Origin: Candidatus Saccharimonadota bacterium
Lineage (GTDB): Bacteria > Patescibacteriota > Saccharimonadia > Saccharimonadales > Saccharimonadaceae
Assembly (NCBI GenBank): GCA_009783235.1
Contig: WRHN01000001.1
Coordinates: forward strand, 212,046 to 276,045
Length of the DNA: 64,000 nucleotides
Direction: 5' to 3'
Shown here: positions 8,521 to 17,781 of the stretch, in pieces
Layout: every line of letters begins with the position of its first letter
Numbering within the stretch: position 1 is the stretch's first letter
Notes under the pieces: model-generated
What the model was told of the DNA's origin: nothing
Seen by the model: only the letters and a program-made list of their open reading frames with translations
Databases searched by the model: none
Program-made: the position numbers and the translations under genes

Positions 8521-10875
8521 CTAGGCCTTTCCTAGCGCTTTGGTTCGGGCTGCCTTACTGGTTTCGCGAGCCAATTTCTCGGTTTTAGAATACACGCCGT
8601 TGATATCTGTGCGCACCGAATGTTTTACGCGAGCTTTTTCTTCTTCTTGTTTGGCATCATTCCAACGCTCCAAAGATCCCACCAAATAACCAGTGATCCG
8701 GCGCAGCCTTTCAAAGCCGACTTCTCCGTCGCGCTCGTGGCGTCCGCACGCCGGGCAGGTATCGCCAACAATGATGCCGGAGAATCCACAAACTGGATCG
8801 CGGTCAACTGGGTGGTTAACTGAGCCATAGCCAATGCCTGCCTCTTTCATGGCGCGGATTATCGATTCAAAAGCCTCGATATTTTGACTTGGATTACCAT
8901 CAAGCTCGACATAAGTGATATGTCCCGCGTTACACAGCGCGTGATACGGCGCCTCTTTGGTGATTTTATCGAAAGCAGGAATCTTATAATACACCGGCAC
9001 GTGGAAAGAGTTAGTGTAAAACTCGCGGTCAGTTACCCCTGGTATTTCGCCGAACTCTGCGCGGTCAATTTTAGTGAAGCGTCCAGATAGACCCTCAGCT
9101 GGCGTGGCCAAAAGCGAGAAGTTCAACATATGTTTCTTCGCCAGCCCGTCGCAGCGATCGCGCATGTGGCCGATAATTTCCAGCCCTAGCTCAGCAGCTT
9201 CTTCAGATTCGCCGTGATGCTGACCAAGCATTGCTACCAGTGCTTCCGCTAGACCGATAAAGCCAATGCTCAGCGTGCCGTGCTTAATCACTTCGCGCAA
9301 TTTATCGCGCGGCCCCAGTTTCTCAGAACCCAGCCAGTTGCCCTGACCCATCAAAAACGGAAAGTTCTTTACTGTTTGTTCGGCTTGGATTTCGTAACGC
9401 TCCATCATTTGGTTGGCCACCAAATCAAGCATTTGGTCGAGCTCTTTATAAAATCCATCCCAGTCTGCTTCTTTACGACCGCCCAGCGCTGTGCCGTGTT
9501 TGATACCGATGCGCGGTAAGTTGATGGTGGTAAATGAATTATTGCCGCGGCCAATAGTCGTGCCGTCGCTTTCTGGAAAGACCGAACTCATCACGCGCGT
9601 TCGACAACCCATAGCGGCGACCTCTGATTTATAATCGCCTGGCTTGTAATATTGCAAATTAAATGGCGCGTCGATAAAAACAAAGTTCGGGAACAAGCGC
9701 TTGCTAGAAACTTCCATAGAACGCTTGAACAAATCATAATTAGGATCCTCAGGATTGTAGTTTACGCCTTCTTTAACTTTCAAAATTGAAATCGGAAAAA
9801 TTGGTGTCTCGTTGTGCCCCAGGCCTTTTTCGGTAGCATCCAAAAACGCCAAACTGACCAGCCGACCTTCTGGCGAAATGTCAGTACCAAAATTAATCGA
9901 AGTGAACGGCACCTGCGCGCCAGCTCGACTGTGCATGGTGTTCAGGTTATGCACCAGCCCCTCCATCGCCTGAAAAGTTTGCTTTTCGGTGTCGTTTTTT
10001 GCTTCTGCGAAAATTTTATCGTTGATTCCTTTGAGCTTTTGGCCAAAGGTCAGCGCCGCAACGCCTTCTTCGTCAATCTTAACTTTTTTATCAGCGAACA
10101 AATTATATTTCTCGATATTCGACTTAACACTTTTGCGATAAGTCTGATTCACGCCCTCGGCCATAGCGTAATCAAAGTTCGGAATGCTCTGTCCGCCGTG
10201 TTGCTCGTTTTGGTTGGCTTGTAAAATAATTGCCGCCAAAGCCGCGTAACTACCAATTGATTTTGGTGTGCGTAAAAATCCGTGCCCAGTGTTAAATCCG
10301 CCGTCAGCGAACAGTTTTAGCGGGTCGGTCTGACAACACGTTAAAGTTCCAGTCGCCAAAAAATCCAAATCATGCACATGAATGGCTCCGCTACTGTGCG
10401 CCGCTACGTGCTCGGGTTTCATCATAAAATGCTTAGCAAATTCCTTAGAGCCCTCAGCGCCAAATTGCAACATTTTGCCCATAGCCCCATCGCCGTCAAC
10501 ATTAGCATTGCCGCGCTTGACGTCGCTATCTTCCTCAGCCATCGCCATTGCGATAGTCTTATAAGTCTGCATCAAACGGTCTTTGGAGTTGCGAACATTA
10601 GAGCGCTCCTGCCTATACAAAATATACGCCTTAGCAGTGTGGCCAAATTTAGAAGCCAACAAAGTCTCCTCGACAATATCCTGAATCTGCTCAACAGTTG
10701 GAATCTTACGACCAAGCTCCTGCGTGGCTCGCTCGACAACTTTTTTAGAAAGTTTCACAGCTTCTTTTTCATCAAATTCGCCCGTAGCCTGACCGGCCTT
10801 CGCTAAAGCGTTAATAATCTTTTCTGGGTCAAATTTGACTTTTCGACCGTCGCGTTTTTGTATGTGTTTAAACAT
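8521..10875 (-). CDS. nrdD: anaerobic ribonucleoside-triphosphate reductase (class III RNR) with N-terminal ATP-cone
   Basis: ATP-cone (MFKHIQKRDGRKVKFDPEKI) and a C-terminal glycyl-radical motif (RRITGYLVG) with Cys4 zinc ribbon (CPACG...C). A GGAGG Shine-Dalgarno sits 7 nt upstream of the ATG at 10875, whereas the ORF-track start at 10899 includes the SD. Confidence 0.9.
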   Translation of the reverse strand: MFKHIQKRDGRKVKFDPEKIINALAKAGQATGEFDEKEAVKLSKKVVERATQELGRKIPTVEQIQDIVEETLLASKFGHTAKAYILYRQERSNVRNSKDRLMQTYKTIAMAMAEEDSDVKRGNANVDGDGAMGKMLQFGAEGSKEFAKHFMMKPEHVAAHSSGAIHVHDLDFLATGTLTCCQTDPLKLFADGGFNTGHGFLRTPKSIGSYAALAAIILQANQNEQHGGQSIPNFDYAMAEGVNQTYRKSVKSNIEKYNLFADKKVKIDEEGVAALTFGQKLKGINDKIFAEAKNDTEKQTFQAMEGLVHNLNTMHSRAGAQVPFTSINFGTDISPEGRLVSLAFLDATEKGLGHNETPIFPISILKVKEGVNYNPEDPNYDLFKRSMEVSSKRLFPNFVFIDAPFNLQYYKPGDYKSEVAAMGCRTRVMSSVFPESDGTTIGRGNNSFTTINLPRIGIKHGTALGGRKEADWDGFYKELDQMLDLVANQMMERYEIQAEQTVKNFPFLMGQGNWLGSEKLGPRDKLREVIKHGTLSIGFIGLAEALVAMLGQHHGESEEAAELGLEIIGHMRDRCDGLAKKHMLNFSLLATPAEGLSGRFTKIDRAEFGEIPGVTDREFYTNSFHVPVYYKIPAFDKITKEAPYHALCNAGHITYVELDGNPSQNIEAFESIIRAMKEAGIGYGSVNHPVDRDPVCGFSGIIVGDTCPACGRHERDGEVGFERLRRITGYLVGSLERWNDAKQEEEKARVKHSVRTDINGVYSKTEKLARETSKAARTKALGKA

Positions 10876-11124
10876 TTTTCCCTCCTGTTTTTGGTGCACT
10901 TAAAACTACTGTTTGCCAGCCACCTCTTAAAATATTCGTATTTGCACTGCGGTGTTTGTCTTCGTGGTGATAACTAACCACATTTAGTGCTTATTGTTAA
11001 TTATAAACCCTACATATGGTGGAAGTCAAGACTTTTTACGTGTAAAATTTACAATATTTTGCCCCTGTTGGGTGCTGCATTTAGTGTATTTTGTGGAAAA
11101 ATATACGCTATATATAGCACAAAA

Positions 11125-11190
11125 CCAAAGAAAAAAAGCCTATGAGAAGTTGACGCTAGGCGCGTCATTTTAGCCTTCTCATAGGCTCTG
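11125..11190 (-). terminator. rho-independent terminator downstream of the small Zn-finger gene (about 13-bp stem, T-run on minus strand)
   Basis: Inverted repeat agcctatgagaag ... cttctcataggct, followed on the minus strand by TTTTTTTCTTT. Confidence 0.6.
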
Positions 11191-11213
11191 TGTGGCTAGA
11201 TTATAACTTATAA

Positions 11214-11399
11214 CTATTTGACTTCGCCCGTGCCTTTGCAGACACTGCAAACGAAGCCGCCGTTGTAGCCATTTCCGCCACACCTGGGGCATTTGTTTCG
11301 ACTATCCGAAACCTGCCCGGAACCCCGGCAGACGCTGCAAATACAGCCGCCGCCACCAATTCCAGTGCCCCTGCAGTGTAAACATTGCGATTGCGCCAT
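11214..11399 (-). CDS. stand-alone DnaJ-type cysteine-rich zinc-finger mini-protein (four CxxCxGxG repeats, 61 aa)
   Basis: CLHCRGTG, CSVCRGSG, CPRCGGNG and CSVCKGTG are exactly the four CxxCxGxG repeats of the DnaJ CR domain. There is no J domain or C-terminal domain. Confidence 0.6.
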   Translation of the reverse strand: MAQSQCLHCRGTGIGGGGCICSVCRGSGQVSDSRNKCPRCGGNGYNGGFVCSVCKGTGEVK

Positions 11400-11438
11400 T
11401 CATATCACCACTTTCTTTCTCGTGTTTTGCCCGTTTGG

Positions 11439-12017
11439 TCAATGATAATCCCAAAGCTCCTCGTCTTTTTCGTGCCAATCTCTCCTTGCCCCTTCTTCTT
11501 CTTCGTAAAACTCGATGTTGATGATCCGTGTAGTTACAGGCTTAGCGTTGCCAATGAAATAGCCAACAAGGCATTCCGCCACCTTGTTGTCTTGCACAAC
11601 ATCTATTAGCAGCTCGTTACCTTCTTCCAAAATCTGGCTAAACCACCAACAATATTCCTCCGAAATTTTGCCGCGGTTTTCTAACACTACATCGTGCAGT
11701 TCGTGCAATCGATTTTCGTCGGAATAAGGTTTGCGTTCCGGCAGCATATCGTCTAGCAAGGCATCAGCCTGATTGCACAATTCCTTAACTCGTTGCATAT
11801 GCTCTGGTTGCGGTGCTTCTGGCATATCCGAGTTGTCTGGAGTATGCTCTGCGAGCATACGGTCCGAGAGAACCGCGATGTTCCTAAAAGCATATTCCGC
11901 AAACCATTGGTTCACCTCCCCCGGATTGTTGCTAAAGTACTCCGAAATCTTCTTGGTCATTGTGATTAGCTGCTTTTTCTTGCCCATTTTACACTTCCTT
12001 TCCGTAGCGTAGTTCAT
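11439..12017 (-). CDS. hypothetical acidic cytoplasmic protein (192 aa)
   Basis: ORF co-directional with and 40 nt upstream of the Zn-finger mini-protein. Trp- and acid-rich C-terminus. No motif recognised. Confidence 0.45.
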   Translation of the reverse strand: MNYATERKCKMGKKKQLITMTKKISEYFSNNPGEVNQWFAEYAFRNIAVLSDRMLAEHTPDNSDMPEAPQPEHMQRVKELCNQADALLDDMLPERKPYSDENRLHELHDVVLENRGKISEEYCWWFSQILEEGNELLIDVVQDNKVAECLVGYFIGNAKPVTTRIINIEFYEEEEGARRDWHEKDEELWDYH

Positions 12018-12192
12018 GAATGGTTAGAAACAAAAAGTGCCACGAGCTAACTCGCGCCCCTTGTCAGGGCTAGGGTTAACTTAGCGCTCGTCTGGTGCTA
12101 ACTTTAGCATACTTTTCTAATAAAGTCAACCCACCACGTCTTTTCTTACGCCTCAAGCGCCTTCTACGCGGCACGGTCTGTTTTTCAAAAAA

Positions 12193-12900
12193 TCAGATTT
12201 TCCAAGAGTCGGCGCTCAGTTTATAGACGACGTTTTTGCGTTCCACGACGATTGGCCAGCCGCGCTTCATGGCGATTTTGGCTAGTTCTCGTTCTGGATT
12301 AAAAGCTATGGGCCGTTGAACCAGCTCTAACATAGCCACATCAGAGGCCGTATCGCCGACCGCCACGCTATCAACCCAAGAAAGTTTATGCTTGCGCACT
12401 AGTTTGTTCAGAGTGGCCGCCTTGTCGAAAATCGGCGAAAAGTTTTTGCCGGTAAAATGTTGCCGCTGGTCAAGCCCAAATTCTGCCGCCACAAAATCAT
12501 CAAAACCATAGCGTTTGGCCACTTTCTCGACCGCTTCTTTAGGCGAACCAGAAATCGTCAGTAAAAAATACCCCTGCTTTTTCAATTTTTTAATCAAATC
12601 GCGCGTGTAAGTGTAGGTTTGATTGATGTATTCCCTGACCACCTCGTCGACAACTTTGAGATATTGTTTATAAGTCAGCGCGCCGCTGCTGGCCAGCCAC
12701 TCTTGTACTAGTGCCATTTCATAATCTTCAAAAGCGGTGTTGTGAGAGCGGTTTTTCCAGCTCATGCGAGCGCGGCGGATTTTCTCGTAAGCTTCTGGCG
12801 GCATTTCGCCTTTAGCGGCCAGACGATTGACAATTGCATGATACAGCTGCCAACGAATCAAAGTGCCGTCAATGTCAAAAACGGCAAACTTGCGACTCAT
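12193..12900 (-). CDS. HAD-superfamily hydrolase (HAD-IB / phosphoserine-phosphatase-like)
   Basis: Motif I FDIDGTL at the N-terminus and motif IV (VGDTASD). Confidence 0.7.
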   Translation of the reverse strand: MSRKFAVFDIDGTLIRWQLYHAIVNRLAAKGEMPPEAYEKIRRARMSWKNRSHNTAFEDYEMALVQEWLASSGALTYKQYLKVVDEVVREYINQTYTYTRDLIKKLKKQGYFLLTISGSPKEAVEKVAKRYGFDDFVAAEFGLDQRQHFTGKNFSPIFDKAATLNKLVRKHKLSWVDSVAVGDTASDVAMLELVQRPIAFNPERELAKIAMKRGWPIVVERKNVVYKLSADSWKI

Positions 12901-12901
12901 T

Positions 12902-13714
12902 TTATTTTAACTCCAAGCTGACTGGGCAATGATCTGAACCAGTTTGGTCAGGGTAAATTCTGGCATCTTTCATACGGTTTTTTAAACTTTTACTGACACA
13001 AAAATAATCAATACGCCAACCAATGTTGCGGGCGCGTGCTTGGGCGCGCCAAGTCCACCAAGTGTAGGCATCGGTGGTGTCAGGGTAAAAATGGCGAAAA
13101 CTATCAATAAATCCCGCGTCTAGGTATTTTTGAAAACCCGCGCGCTCTTCTGGGGTAAAACCAGCATTGCCCGCGTTGTCTTTAGGACGCGCCAGGTCGA
13201 TTTCTTGATGCGCCACGTTCAAGTCGCCACAAAAAATCACAGGCTTAGTTTTTTCTAAATCTTGGCAATATTCTAAAAACGCGGGGTCCCAAATTTTCTC
13301 ACGAAATTCCAGACGCTCTAGCTCGCGCTTGGCGTTGGGCGCGTATTGAGTTACCAAATAAAAATCCGCGAACTCCAAAGTAGTTACGCGTCCCTCGCGT
13401 GCGCCGTCGCCGAACTGATCTTGAAAATTATACTTTTGATTTATCGTCTCAGTAAAGCCAAAGCGCACTTCCAACGGTTTGATTTTAGAGAAAATCGCCG
13501 TGCCAGAATAGCCCGCTCTATCAGCATCGTTCCAAAACTCCTGGTAGTCAGGCAAATCAATTTCAGCCTGACCTTGTTTGGCCTTAGTTTCTTGCAGGCA
13601 TAAAATATCTGGCTGATATTTTGCGATGAATTTCCCGAAATCGCCTTTTTTGATGACCGCGCGAATGCCGTTGACGTTCCAAGAGAATAATTTCATATCA
13701 TAATTGTAACACAT
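12902..13714 (-). CDS. xth: exodeoxyribonuclease III (AP endonuclease, EEP family)
   Basis: N-terminus MKLFSWNVNGIRA, GDLNVAH and SDHCPV motifs typical of Xth/ExoIII. Confidence 0.85.
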   Translation of the reverse strand: MCYNYDMKLFSWNVNGIRAVIKKGDFGKFIAKYQPDILCLQETKAKQGQAEIDLPDYQEFWNDADRAGYSGTAIFSKIKPLEVRFGFTETINQKYNFQDQFGDGAREGRVTTLEFADFYLVTQYAPNAKRELERLEFREKIWDPAFLEYCQDLEKTKPVIFCGDLNVAHQEIDLARPKDNAGNAGFTPEERAGFQKYLDAGFIDSFRHFYPDTTDAYTWWTWRAQARARNIGWRIDYFCVSKSLKNRMKDARIYPDQTGSDHCPVSLELK

Positions 13715-13794
13715 CGCTTTTATAAAAATTCGGTAATTTTAAAGGGGCTTTATCGCTAAAGCCCATTGTTTAGGTTAATCGTTAACCATGGGGG

Positions 13795-14391
13795 TTACAG
13801 CAGGTGTATAGCAATTAAAACGATGCTCAAAAGCATGCTGTAAATGCCTATGCGTTGCGGAATTGCCGTGAAGCCCAGCCAATAACAACTGGCTATCACG
13901 CCACAAACGGCGCCGATGATGCCCAGGACTTGGCCGAGCGGAAAACTCAGCGCACTGGATATCAAGAATGTATTGATCGGCCCGCCAATTAAAGCGCAGC
14001 CGCCAACAACCCAGTGAACTACCATTTTGGGCGTTATGTGCCCGGGGTTATTGGCGTTAAAAAACGCTAACAACATCATGCCGAGACCAACAATTACAGT
14101 TAGTACACTAGGAGTTTCTTGCACCAAGAAACCTACGCCGAAGATGTACGCCAATCCTAGCACGAAAAATGTGCCGTTGATTAGCCAATATCTTGGGCTG
14201 CAAATTGTGCGATCCGCAAAACACTTGAGCCCGAACGAATCGGTGTGTCGATCGGACACGCCAAGGTCGGACGTTGTGTTAAGATAGTACCTATACCTGG
14301 GCGACACCCAGGCCTTGGCCGTCAAAAACTCAGCCACCAGATACCAAATAACCAATAAGATTACAGAAATCAACAGTAACATTCCTATCAT
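13795..14391 (-). CDS. hypothetical integral membrane protein (about 5-6 TM)
   Basis: Hydrophobic helices throughout. No recognisable family motif. Confidence 0.45.
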   Translation of the reverse strand: MIGMLLLISVILLVIWYLVAEFLTAKAWVSPRYRYYLNTTSDLGVSDRHTDSFGLKCFADRTICSPRYWLINGTFFVLGLAYIFGVGFLVQETPSVLTVIVGLGMMLLAFFNANNPGHITPKMVVHWVVGGCALIGGPINTFLISSALSFPLGQVLGIIGAVCGVIASCYWLGFTAIPQRIGIYSMLLSIVLIAIHLL

Positions 14392-14501
14392 CCCCTCTCA
14401 GGTTGGATTAACTCGGATTGTGAAGTGCAGCAACGATTACCTGCCCTAATTATAGCACGTTAAGGTTAAAATGTCAATAGACGGGGGGGTGATTACAGGG
14501 G

Positions 14502-14936
14502 TCAATCGCCCTTTCTTTTAATATCGCGCTGTTTAATGGTTTGGCGTTTATCGTAGAGTTTCTTGCCCTTGCCTTCAGCTATGACCAGCTTGATGTAGCG
14601 TCCATTGGTTAGCAGTTTTCTGGGCACAATGCTCCAACCTTGTTTTTTGCGCTCAATGAATTTATCAATTTGTTTGCGATGAGCCAAAATGCGTCGGTCG
14701 CGGGTGTCGACGGTATTGCCACTGCCTTTGTCGTTTGACTTCAGCGAAAAAGAAGCGTTGACTAGCCACAACTGACCGCGCTTAACCGCCACGTAGCTGC
14801 CTTTTAGCTGCACGTGCTGCAAGCGCGCCGCTTTAGTCTCAGCGCCAGTTAATTCCAAGCCCACTATTAAATCTTCGCCTAGTTCGTAATCAAAACTGGC
14901 GCGTCGATTGACGATGCCGGGGGCTCGCTTTTTCAT
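14502..14936 (-). CDS. smpB: SsrA-binding protein
   Basis: SmpB fold signature (NRRASFDYELGEDLIVGLELTGAE ... basic C-terminal tail). Confidence 0.85.
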   Translation of the reverse strand: MKKRAPGIVNRRASFDYELGEDLIVGLELTGAETKAARLQHVQLKGSYVAVKRGQLWLVNASFSLKSNDKGSGNTVDTRDRRILAHRKQIDKFIERKKQGWSIVPRKLLTNGRYIKLVIAEGKGKKLYDKRQTIKQRDIKRKGD

Positions 14937-14950
14937 GGTATAATTATAAC

Positions 14951-15817
14951 ATGAAACTTTTAACCATGGACGTAGTGGTTCCTGCTTATAATGAAGAGGC
15001 AGGTATCGCCGAGTGCTTAGATTGTTTGTTGGCCCAGGGTGACGATTTGCGCAAAATCATCATTGTCGATAACGCCTCGACCGACAAAACTGCTAATATC
15101 GTCAAAAAATATGCTCGTAAACATTCGAAGATTCAGCTGGTAAACGAAGCGAAGGCTGGCGTAGAAAATGCCCGCAACACAGGTTTTGCGACCGCTAAAG
15201 CCGATATTATTGGTCGTATAGATGTTGATACTCGTGTTCGATCTGGTTGGGCTCAAGCAGTGCGGCAATTCTTGACCGACCGCCAGGATTTTGCTGGCTG
15301 CACTGGTTTTTCGGAATTTTATGATATGCCGTTTCCCCGCTATTGCCGTTTTATGGCTAAGGTTTCCAGGCGTTTTGTTAACAATCAATCTGGCTCAAAA
15401 GGCGCTTTTGTTGGCTCCAACATGGCTATTCGTCGCGACGCTTGGCAAGAAATAAAAGACCATGTCAAAGGCGAAGAATCGGGCGAGTTGATGGAAGATT
15501 TGGCCTTGTCGTTGACGCTGCACGAGCACGGCGGCAAAATCGGTACCGTGCCTAATATGTTAGCAGGAATTTCGGGTCGTCGTCAGCGCACCAGCCCTTT
15601 GAGTTATGCGCGCTATAGTACGCGTTGGTGGAACACTTATGTGATTTATAATCGTCCGTTTAAAGCTCTGTTGATTAGAATTTTCGCAGTCTGGCTGGGT
15701 AATCTGACGGTGGCTTTTTGGTCGCCTATTTTGCGTTTCTATGATTCAAAAACTAAAAAGTGGTCGTTCAAAAATTGGCAGCGCGGATTTGAGGGACGCG
15801 ATTTTCGCGCAAGTTAA
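14951..15817 (+). CDS. glycosyltransferase family 2
   Basis: VVVPAYNEE and DNASTD (DxD) GT-A motifs. Confidence 0.75.
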   Translation: MKLLTMDVVVPAYNEEAGIAECLDCLLAQGDDLRKIIIVDNASTDKTANIVKKYARKHSKIQLVNEAKAGVENARNTGFATAKADIIGRIDVDTRVRSGWAQAVRQFLTDRQDFAGCTGFSEFYDMPFPRYCRFMAKVSRRFVNNQSGSKGAFVGSNMAIRRDAWQEIKDHVKGEESGELMEDLALSLTLHEHGGKIGTVPNMLAGISGRRQRTSPLSYARYSTRWWNTYVIYNRPFKALLIRIFAVWLGNLTVAFWSPILRFYDSKTKKWSFKNWQRGFEGRDFRAS

Positions 15818-15820
15818 AAG

Positions 15821-16588
15821 TTAGTCTTTGTGATCGTAATTAGTGCCGCCCGCCATTTCGTAATCTTTCTCAGAAAAATCTTTGCCAAAAATTAGCTGCA
15901 TTTGCAACAGTCCAGCTTTTGCCGCGGTGGCAACTAGCGATTGCTCGTCCCAGCGCCGCATCGAAAATTTGAATTTTGGCGTGCGAAACAATCGGTAGTC
16001 GTAGCCCTTGTTGATAATTTGTTCGGCGAACAACATGTCTTCGGCAAATTTGGAATTTGGGTCGAACTGGATTTCGGTAAAGGCCTCGCGCGATACGCCA
16101 ATCATCGCTCCGAACAGTCGCGGCCTGTCAGATTTGGCGCTGGCTGTCAGCACGGAATTAACTACATTAGAGGAAACTCGATGTTTAGACTTTTTAGCAT
16201 CAAAATCGTTTAAAGTAATCAACGACGAAAACACGCCAAACTCATGACCTCGACGCTCAGCTTTAGCAATGTTGTAGCGAATCCCCAGCAAAAAATCCGG
16301 ATCGATTTGAGTATCAGCGTCAAAGAAAATAATCCACTCGCCCACCGCGTGCTCGCCACCCAGATTGCGCTGAACCGACACGTTGCGTATCTTGCAAGTG
16401 ACGGTTTTTATATTGAGTTTGGTTTTAAATTTCGCGGCTTCTTGAACGGTCTGGTCGTCGCTATGTCCATCGATGTGAATAACTTCAAAATCAGACCAGT
16501 ATTGGTCGACTAAGTTTCGTAGAAGTTTTGGCAGAAATTTTTCTTCGTTAAGCGTCGGTATAACGACACTAAAAAAAGGTTTTTTCAT
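15821..16588 (-). CDS. glycosyltransferase family 2
   Basis: SVVIPTLNEE and DGHSDD motifs. Convergent with the preceding GT2. Confidence 0.75.
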   Translation of the reverse strand: MKKPFFSVVIPTLNEEKFLPKLLRNLVDQYWSDFEVIHIDGHSDDQTVQEAAKFKTKLNIKTVTCKIRNVSVQRNLGGEHAVGEWIIFFDADTQIDPDFLLGIRYNIAKAERRGHEFGVFSSLITLNDFDAKKSKHRVSSNVVNSVLTASAKSDRPRLFGAMIGVSREAFTEIQFDPNSKFAEDMLFAEQIINKGYDYRLFRTPKFKFSMRRWDEQSLVATAAKAGLLQMQLIFGKDFSEKDYEMAGGTNYDHKD

Positions 16589-16628
16589 AGTACATATATT
16601 TTAGCAAATAAGCTGTGATTTTGCAATT

Positions 16629-16820
16629 TTATTTTTTGCTAGTCAAATGCCATTTGCCACAATATACACAGCGGTAGACGCCTATTTTGAGCTCTTGTCT
16701 GACGTCGCGCAACTCTTGTTCTTGAGCTACTTGTTCAGCTTCTTTTTGGCTGGAATAGCAATTTTTACCGTTGCAAGTTTTGGTTTTGGCAGGTTGAAAA
16801 ACCTTCTTGCTTCTAGCCAT
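16629..16820 (-). CDS. small basic Cys4 zinc-ribbon protein (63 aa)
   Basis: CNGKNC ... CVYCGKW zinc-ribbon spacing. Overlaps the dus stop by 8 nt, which suggests translational coupling. Confidence 0.45.
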   Translation of the reverse strand: MARSKKVFQPAKTKTCNGKNCYSSQKEAEQVAQEQELRDVRQELKIGVYRCVYCGKWHLTSKK

Positions 16821-17781
16821 GGTTGCGATTCTCCTCTAGCACTGCGCGGGCTTCGCCGGTGTTTTTAGTAGCCATTAATTTTTCTCGCAACTCTTTAGCG
16901 CCATTAAACCCATTGACGTAAATTTTGAAAAAACGTTTCAGCGGTTCAAATTTGCGCTGGTGTCCAGATTGATCAAACAAATCTAAATGTCGGCTCAACA
17001 AGCCGATTAGCTCCTGACGGGAATGCGCGCACGGTTGTTTTTCAAAACAAAATGGGTTAGCAAAAATTCCCCGTCCAATCATCCAGCCATCAACACCAGA
17101 GTGCTTTTTTGAAAGCGCCAGGCCTTGCTCACGATCCATCACGTCGCCGTTAATAATCAGCTTAGTAGCGCTGGATATCTCGTCGCGCAGAGCAACAATT
17201 TCAGAAATCAATTCATAGTGCGCTGGCACTTTGCTCATTTCTTTTCGCGTGCGCAAATGCACAGTCAGCGCAGACAAATCTTGCTGTAGCAATACAGCCA
17301 GCCACGACCGCCACTCGTCTATCGACACCCCCCCCAATCGCGTTTTTACACTTACTGGCAGGTTAGTATTTTCTCGCACCGCTTTAATGATCTCAACGCT
17401 CAAACTTGGATCGTCAATCAAAGCCGAGCCGCCACCAGATTTCACCACCGCTTTGTCTGGACAACCCATATTAATATCAATTCCAGAAAAGCCGAGTTTG
17501 GAAATCGCGCGGGCAGTTTCGGCAAAGTCTTCGGGTTTGCTACCCCAAATTTGCGCCACAATAGGTTGTTCTTCGGGTGCAAATTCTAGCCTCCTGGACA
17601 CCTGATTTTTTCCTTGCGGGTGGCAGAAACCGCTGACGTTCATAAATTCTGTGAAAAAAACATCTGGCCGTGCTGCCTCACTAACCACCTGGCGAAACAC
17701 AACGTCCGTTACGTCTTCCATGGGGGCTAGACAAAAAAACGGCTCGGGCAAGTTGTCCCAAAAATTTACGCCACTACTCAC
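16813..17781 (-). CDS. dus: tRNA-dihydrouridine synthase
   Basis: [12 protein letters not shown]-terminus and TIM-barrel FMN-binding motifs (INMGCP, KTRLG). Confidence 0.8.
   Translation of the reverse strand: MSSGVNFWDNLPEPFFCLAPMEDVTDVVFRQVVSEAARPDVFFTEFMNVSGFCHPQGKNQVSRRLEFAPEEQPIVAQIWGSKPEDFAETARAISKLGFSGIDINMGCPDKAVVKSGGGSALIDDPSLSVEIIKAVRENTNLPVSVKTRLGGVSIDEWRSWLAVLLQQDLSALTVHLRTRKEMSKVPAHYELISEIVALRDEISSATKLIINGDVMDREQGLALSKKHSGVDGWMIGRGIFANPFCFEKQPCAHSRQELIGLLSRHLDLFDQSGHQRKFEPLKRFFKIYVNGFNGAKELREKLMATKNTGEARAVLEENRNHG

Noticed and set aside
12018-12192. 175-nt intergenic region considered for SRP RNA, RNase P RNA or tmRNA
   Set aside because: None of the conserved core motifs (SRP domain IV GGAAGCAGCC-type, RNase P P4 AGGAAAGTCCGG, tmRNA tRNA-like end) are present. 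It is more plausibly the promoter and leader of the 11439..12017 gene.
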